Of a stretch of DNA of 64,000 bases, positions 58,498 through 64,000 are shown one piece after another. The stretch's first letter is position 1; each line of letters begins with the position of its first letter. Source of the DNA: Promethearchaeota archaeon (GTDB lineage: Archaea; Asgardarchaeota; Lokiarchaeia; Sigyniarchaeales; SOKP01); the NCBI GenBank assembly GCA_048937405.1, contig JBHLNF010000005.1, positions 160,001 to 224,000 on the forward strand. The letters are read 5' to 3'. The notes beneath the pieces were generated by a model. That model searched no databases. It was not told where the DNA came from and saw only the letters and a list, made by a program, of their open reading frames with translations. The position numbers and the translations under genes were made by a program.

Positions 58498-60441
58498 CTA
58501 ATATTTGTTGTTATTTTTTTTGTAAGTATGAAATTTGAAAATTAGATAGAAGAGGGATAAAGAATATGAGAGTAAAAAGAATATTATTTCATATCCATTA
58601 ATTCTTTTTCGTGGTTCTAATAATATCTCTAAGTAGGTGTTAAAGTTTGAATCTAACTGAACTAGTACTTCATCCCCATATTCCAATCTTACCTTAGTTG
58701 GTTTATTACTTAATGAAATATCTAGCGTTGTTGTTCCATTTATCCATATCCATTCATTATAAGTTATTCCATTAGAATTATATACTATTAGTTGAACTTG
58801 CTGAGAGTAATGATAATCATTTAAGTGTTCATTGAGATCATTAATTGTGAGTTCTAGGATTTGAAGGTTTGCATCATAATGACATTCAAGGAAATTATAT
58901 TTTGGAAGAAAAAGATTATCAAACCAAGGAAAGAAAAACCAATCCAATGAGGAACCATACACACTTTCCATAGCTTGTTGTAAATCGGATAAGAGAGCAA
59001 TTTTATATATCTTTTGAGTAAAAAAAAGTCTCAATCCCGTTAAAAATAATGTAGTGCCAAGAGTTCTACGTAGTTTCTCAAATATTAAAGGTGCTTTAGT
59101 ATATGCAGTAAAATAATAATTATCTTCATTGACCACCTCGTATACAGAAACATTTATTTTTGACGATATTCCTTCACGAACATAATATGTTCTTACGCTA
59201 TCGATATAAGGTGTTTCTTGAAAATATTCCCAATTATTATACTTTATTTCCCCATAATAACTTGTTGACCAGCAAACTAACCCTTCATCTAAGAAACCCC
59301 AGTCAACTTCATCATTTCCAACTAAATTATACCACCACTGATGCCCTGTTTCATGAACAATAATAGCTTCTAACCAAGTTAGAGGATATGACCATTCATC
59401 TATAGATTCTGTTATATAAACCTGACATGGGTATTCCATTCCTCCATAATATGTATATTCTTCCACAACATTAAAAGTTGGATATGGATATTCACCAAAG
59501 GTTTCATTAAAAAGTGTTAATGCTTGTTTTGCAAAATTTATTGCATTATTTTCCCATATTGTTTTAGATTTTGGTAAGTAATAGCTAGTTATATTCACAC
59601 CATTTATTACTTCAGATTCCTGATAGAAATATCTTGAGGTTGAAAAACTTACTTCTCTAACTGGATGAATTGGATCGAAGTGATATGTTGTAATTGATCC
59701 ATAGTCTATTTTATCGACTATTTCCCCAGTTGCCGCAACAATCATTCCTATTGGTACAGTAATGTAAAAATCATAATAAGCCATATCATAATAGAAAGGA
59801 TCACCAACCCCAAGATAAGGATCTGTATTCCAACCATCATAGCTATCATACACACAAGGCATAGGGTAGAATCCTGCACATTTATAGATTCGAGATTTAT
59901 TAATATCTCCACCATGAGAATTAGAGCGGTCAATCCCCCCATCAGGTAACGTAGCATTGAAGTATATCTCAAACTGAACTCGTTGAAATGGTTCCAATAT
60001 ATTTTCCAAATAAATCCACATTATTTGGTTTGCTGGATATTCATCATAAATTAAAGGTGATTTAGAAACATCAGATTTATTTACACTAATTATATCAACT
60101 AACCCTGGTCTTGAATCGTAGTTCATGCCGGATAAATAAATATGAAATGGAACTTTAGTAAAATTCACTGGATCGTTATTATAGAAATCAACTTTTAAAA
60201 TCCCTGTTAATTTCGAACTACCTTCATCTAATTGAACAGATAAATTATAGTAAGAATATTCTCCACCGTTTGATGATAATATAGGGGTTTTATTGTATTT
60301 TAACTTGGGATTACCTGGACGTGTAATAGTTTCATTTGAATTTTTTTTACCCTGAACAATATTTAGGAATCCACCAAAACACAGGCAAAAGAGGATTATG
60401 AAACAATAACGTTGAGTGTTCGATTTGATTATTATCATCAT
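58498..60441 (-). CDS. secreted M1 family metallo-aminopeptidase with C-terminal membrane anchor
   Basis: N-terminal signal-like segment, GGMEY, HETGHQWW...LDEG, YTKA; C-terminal INGY + TM + basic tail. Confidence 0.9.
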   Translation of the reverse strand: MMIIIKSNTQRYCFIILFCLCFGGFLNIVQGKKNSNETITRPGNPKLKYNKTPILSSNGGEYSYYNLSVQLDEGSSKLTGILKVDFYNNDPVNFTKVPFHIYLSGMNYDSRPGLVDIISVNKSDVSKSPLIYDEYPANQIMWIYLENILEPFQRVQFEIYFNATLPDGGIDRSNSHGGDINKSRIYKCAGFYPMPCVYDSYDGWNTDPYLGVGDPFYYDMAYYDFYITVPIGMIVAATGEIVDKIDYGSITTYHFDPIHPVREVSFSTSRYFYQESEVINGVNITSYYLPKSKTIWENNAINFAKQALTLFNETFGEYPYPTFNVVEEYTYYGGMEYPCQVYITESIDEWSYPLTWLEAIIVHETGHQWWYNLVGNDEVDWGFLDEGLVCWSTSYYGEIKYNNWEYFQETPYIDSVRTYYVREGISSKINVSVYEVVNEDNYYFTAYTKAPLIFEKLRRTLGTTLFLTGLRLFFTQKIYKIALLSDLQQAMESVYGSSLDWFFFPWFDNLFLPKYNFLECHYDANLQILELTINDLNEHLNDYHYSQQVQLIVYNSNGITYNEWIWINGTTTLDISLSNKPTKVRLEYGDEVLVQLDSNFNTYLEILLEPRKRINGYEIIFFLLSYSLSLFYLIFKFHTYKKNNNKY

Positions 60442-60740
60442 TACTTATTAGATTAACTTTAAATTACAATTCAACTATTCATATTTAAAGTTTAAAATCA
60501 TATTATTAATTTGTTTGGTTATTCTAACAGTTTAATAGTAATAGACCTGAGTCTTTTTTTTATTTGAATTAAACAATTAGGATATATAATTAAATCTCTT
60601 TAAAATGAAAATCCTTCTTGATCAAACTTCACAAACTTCTTATTTGGAACCTCATTAGTTGAATTATAAATAGCATTAATGAATTATTTTAAAAAATGGT
60701 AATATGGGCAATAAGGTAAGAAAACCAAAGGAGATTATTA

Positions 60741-61169
60741 ATGAGTGAAAACAATCAAAATTTTGATCAACATGAATTAGAAAAAATTCGGATGAAAAAA
60801 ATGAGAGCATTGATGGAAGCAAAAAAAAGAGAAGAAAACATTCAAGAAAGAAGTGTATCAATTTATGAAAAGGTTGATTATGTTTTGAAAGTTGTTTTAG
60901 CTCCAGATGCATACGCACATCTAAATAAACTAAAAAATGATGAACCACCTGTATATAAATATATTTATAATGAGTTAATTAGCCTAGATGTGGTACAAAG
61001 TATTGATTACTTAATAGCCCTAATACAGCAGAGAGGTGGAATTCCAAGAAAAATCCCTCTTGATGCTATTATATTCTTAGAACGAAAAGCAAAAGGTATT
61101 AAATCTAAGATTCAAGTAAAACGCGGAGATGATATGATGGATTTGAGTTCTTTTCTTAGTAAAGATTGA
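60741..61169 (+). CDS. PDCD5/TFAR19-like DNA-binding protein
   Basis: ELEKIR.KKM..L ... VLAPDA...LNKLK ... IQVKR. Confidence 0.7.
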   Translation: MSENNQNFDQHELEKIRMKKMRALMEAKKREENIQERSVSIYEKVDYVLKVVLAPDAYAHLNKLKNDEPPVYKYIYNELISLDVVQSIDYLIALIQQRGGIPRKIPLDAIIFLERKAKGIKSKIQVKRGDDMMDLSSFLSKD

Positions 61170-61199
61170 TACTTCTAAATAACTATATATTAAAAGAAG

Positions 61200-61754
61200 C
61201 TATTGTTCTCTTCCTGAAATTATTGCTATTACTTCCCATTCATTATTTGGAAGAGGATTTGCAGATATATCGAAAAATTGAAAAGCAAAAGGTCTACCAA
61301 AAATCTGTTCTACAATAAAACCAAAGGAACTTACTGTAAATATAAAAATTCTCTTTAGAATTGACTCTGTACTTCCACTAATATTTAATTGTTTCATGAC
61401 TTCTTCTATTATCTCAATTTCTTTATCATTGTAATGATACTTAAAGACAAGTTTAAAGTCAACTGGTGTTGGTGCTTCAGGATCTGAAAAGGTCAATCCT
61501 CTTTTTCGGAAATGAAAAAATGAATTTAAATAAAAAGAAAATATTTCTTCATGATGGTCTATTAAGAGATGAGAAATACGAGAGCGTTCACTATATTCAG
61601 GCCAATAATTTTTCATTAATTCTAAAAGCCTAGGATAATTCTTATATTTATTTTCGCTTTCTTTCTTTAAATAATTAAGTAATTGATTCTTAAGTGGTTT
61701 AAACTCTGATTCTCGACCCACCCGTGTTATAAATTTTCGAAATTTAACACTCAT
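61200..61754 (-). CDS. hypothetical protein
   Basis: 184-aa ATG ORF filling the gap; no motif recognised. Confidence 0.6.
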   Translation of the reverse strand: MSVKFRKFITRVGRESEFKPLKNQLLNYLKKESENKYKNYPRLLELMKNYWPEYSERSRISHLLIDHHEEIFSFYLNSFFHFRKRGLTFSDPEAPTPVDFKLVFKYHYNDKEIEIIEEVMKQLNISGSTESILKRIFIFTVSSFGFIVEQIFGRPFAFQFFDISANPLPNNEWEVIAIISGREQ

Positions 61755-61940
61755 TCTCTTAAGATGAAATATTATTCTATATGAACTATTTATTATTTAT
61801 TTATTTTTTTCTATGATATTTTGATAATACAAGTCCTAATATTTATTACTAATTTTTTTTTGGCATTTATCAATTATTACCTAGAACAATAAAAGAAAAA
61901 TGTAATTTACTTTATTATAATTATTAGGATTTATACTATT

Positions 61941-63134
61941 ATGATTGAGAAAGTAGGATTAATCTATACTGAAGAATATCAAAAATACAATTTTGGTAAA
62001 GATCATCCCCTAAGACCTTTAAGGCTTAAACTGACCTATAGTCTTATGGAAAAGTTGAATCTCTTAAAAAATCAACGACTTTTAATCATCAACCCTCGAT
62101 TAGCTACACAGCAAGAAATTGAAAGTATTCATTCCCCAAAATATGTTGAAGCTGTCAAAAAGCTAAGTGAAAATCCTAATGATAAAAGTGTTATTCCATA
62201 TCAGTACGGCTTAGGTCCTGGAGATAATCCTATTTTTGAAGGGATGTATGAAGCATCTGCATTAGTATGTGGAGCTTCAATAGAAGCTGCTGATACCGTC
62301 TGGAATGACGAGGAGATTACGATAGCTTTTAACCCAGCGGGTGGTTTGCACCATGCAATGAAAAATAAAGCTTCAGGATTTTGTATTTTCAATGATATCG
62401 GTGTCGCTATAAATCACCTAAAGAAATTGAAAAAAGACATCAAAATTGCCTATTTAGATATTGATTGTCATCATGGAGATGGCGTTCAATGGTTATTTTA
62501 TGATGATCCAAATGTACTTACGATTTCCTATCATCAAGATGGCAAGTTTCTCTTTCCTGGGACAGGCCATATTACTGAGACGGGAGAAGGAAAAGGAAAA
62601 GGCTTCTCTGTAAATTTTCCATTATTACCTGGAACAAATAATAAGTCCTTTATAAATCTTTTTAGGAAGACTGCTCCAAAAATAATAGAAACATATTCGC
62701 CAGATATTTTAATTACTCAGCTTGGGGTGGATACCTATTTTGATGATCCTCTCACTCAAATGGGTCTTTCTCTATCAGTATATAAAGATATTGCTCAAAC
62801 GATGAAAACAATCGCACGTGAGTTTTGTCAAAACAAATGGGTCGCACTAGGGGGAGGTGGTTATTTGATGACTGTAGTTCCTAGGGCATGGACCATTTTT
62901 TTAGCGAGAATGCTGGATGTGGAAATAGAAAATGAATTACCAGATAGCTGGATTAAGGAAGTAAAGGAAAGTGCCCCTTATGAGGATACACCTTATTTAT
63001 TATGGGATCGAGGTGAAAAGGTGGAAGTTCAAATGCTCTCTCATCCTGAAATTGCTAAAAAAATAATCGATTATACAAAATCTCTAATTGAAGTCGCAAA
63101 TGAAAAATATATTCCTTATTTAAATAAAACTTAA
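61941..63134 (+). CDS. Zn-dependent deacetylase, AcuC/class I HDAC-like
   Basis: HPLRP.R, GDNP.F, GGLHHA, SGFC.FND, DIDCHHGDG, FPGTG, GVD....DPL, GGGGY. Confidence 0.92.
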   Translation: MIEKVGLIYTEEYQKYNFGKDHPLRPLRLKLTYSLMEKLNLLKNQRLLIINPRLATQQEIESIHSPKYVEAVKKLSENPNDKSVIPYQYGLGPGDNPIFEGMYEASALVCGASIEAADTVWNDEEITIAFNPAGGLHHAMKNKASGFCIFNDIGVAINHLKKLKKDIKIAYLDIDCHHGDGVQWLFYDDPNVLTISYHQDGKFLFPGTGHITETGEGKGKGFSVNFPLLPGTNNKSFINLFRKTAPKIIETYSPDILITQLGVDTYFDDPLTQMGLSLSVYKDIAQTMKTIAREFCQNKWVALGGGGYLMTVVPRAWTIFLARMLDVEIENELPDSWIKEVKESAPYEDTPYLLWDRGEKVEVQMLSHPEIAKKIIDYTKSLIEVANEKYIPYLNKT

Positions 63135-63290
63135 GATTTTTAAGTACTAAAAGTCCTATGTTCTTGAGATCTTTTGATACAAGTTGAGTATAAAAACAGT
63201 AAAATTATCTTTTTATAACTTACCAAGTTTTTTCTTTAAATAAATCCCAATTATATTTCAGTATAGAGAAAATATATAATATGAATAATC

Positions 63291-63446
63291 ATGGCAGGAA
63301 TACACCCGAGTTCTCCCTTAGAGTTTTGGGAAGATAGAATAAAACATCTTATCAACAAAAATAAAACGGTACAAAAAAGAAGACTTAGTATTATTAAAGA
63401 CCGAGCAAAATATGCACAAAATGAAAAAAGACAGAATAACAGATAA
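63291..63446 (+). CDS. small hypothetical protein (51 aa)
   Basis: MAGIHPSSPLEFWEDRIKHLINKNKTVQKRRLSIIKDRAKYAQNEKRQNNR; TATA-like tatataa about 15 nt upstream; absent from the ORF track. Confidence 0.45.
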   Translation: MAGIHPSSPLEFWEDRIKHLINKNKTVQKRRLSIIKDRAKYAQNEKRQNNR

Positions 63447-63463
63447 TTCTAATCATATTTTTT

Positions 63464-63712
63464 TTATTTTATATATTTTTCTAAGAATTCCTTAATTCTT
63501 TTGAGAAGGAGATTATGGGTCTTTAGATTGTCATATTCTTTTCTATTTAACAGGTCTTCTTCTTTCACTATCATGTGAAGCCCTAAAGTTGCGAAGATGT
63601 GAAATGTAAAACGGTAAAATCCTACAGTATGTACAAACTCTTTTACTTCCTCAAAAATTTGCTGAATGAATTCTTTTTGAGCTTGTTTTACCTCATCGCT
63701 TAACGCAGTCAT
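63464..63712 (-). CDS. small hypothetical protein (82 aa)
   Basis: ATG ORF with protein-like composition, convergent with the 51-aa ORF. Confidence 0.55.
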   Translation of the reverse strand: MTALSDEVKQAQKEFIQQIFEEVKEFVHTVGFYRFTFHIFATLGLHMIVKEEDLLNRKEYDNLKTHNLLLKRIKEFLEKYIK

Positions 63713-64000
63713 AATTATATATTAGTTATGAACTCTAAAGCTTAAATAAAAAAAAGAGAGCAGGTTAAGTAATAGAAAGGAATTTCAGAATAAGGTCTCT
63801 AAAAATAGATAAATTACGTTTCAACTCAAACTAATATGAATTGCAAAACTTTAAATTACTTTTCTATTATTTAAAATAATATCAATTGTTTCAAAAATCT
63901 ACAAGAATAAAAGTAGAACTTAATCCGAGTGAGGGTACACATGTTCTCTTTTCTAACTAATTTATTTAGATTTAAAAAAATATATTGGATTATTCAAGAA

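Noticed and set aside
57945-58500. tRNA as integration site (att) of an island
   Set aside because: No integrase and no duplicated tRNA 3' end noticed in the window
2196-60948. Short antisense or alternate-frame ORFs in the track (e.g. 2196-2387, 9940-10308, 31380-31796, 38677-39030, 41271-41798, 55399-55722, 60676-60948)
   Set aside because: They overlap well-supported genes, have no motifs and show shadow-frame composition
1-64000. CRISPR array, rRNA, IS/transposase
   Set aside because: No regularly spaced DNA repeats, long GC-rich structural RNA or transposase ORF seen

Overview
AT-rich archaeal DNA whose gene content points to an Asgard archaeon, most likely Lokiarchaeia: roadblock/longin proteins, Arf- and Rab-like GTPases, eukaryote-like E1/E2, a Loki-CTERM-like tail and a BHB-intron tRNA. 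This assignment is inferred from gene content, not from a search. 1-38.7 kb is a large surface-glycan locus. It has a CDP-6-deoxy/C-methyl sugar pathway with several O-methyltransferases, GT2/GT4/GT-C glycosyltransferases, an ABC-2 exporter, a flippase and a frameshifted GT2 paralog. Embedded in it (25.5-35.3 kb) is a complete 2-hydroxyethylphosphonate (HEP) biosynthesis and attachment cassette: PEP mutase fused to a cytidylyltransferase, phosphonopyruvate decarboxylase, phosphonoacetaldehyde reductase, two more cytidylyltransferases, a CDP-alcohol phosphotransferase, a sulfatase-fold transferase and a GlpT-like transporter. 38.7-64 kb is core-like and rich in eukaryotic signature proteins: roadblock plus longin-Arf fusion, Rab-like GTPase, a 2120-aa protein with 18 MIT/TPR-like repeats directly upstream of a Uba2/Uba3-like E1, and an E2 with a Cdc34/Ube2G-length loop. 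It also holds a tRNA-Tyr(GUA) split by three introns, an M1 peptidase, PDCD5 and an HDAC. No CRISPR array, rRNA or recognisable mobile element was seen.
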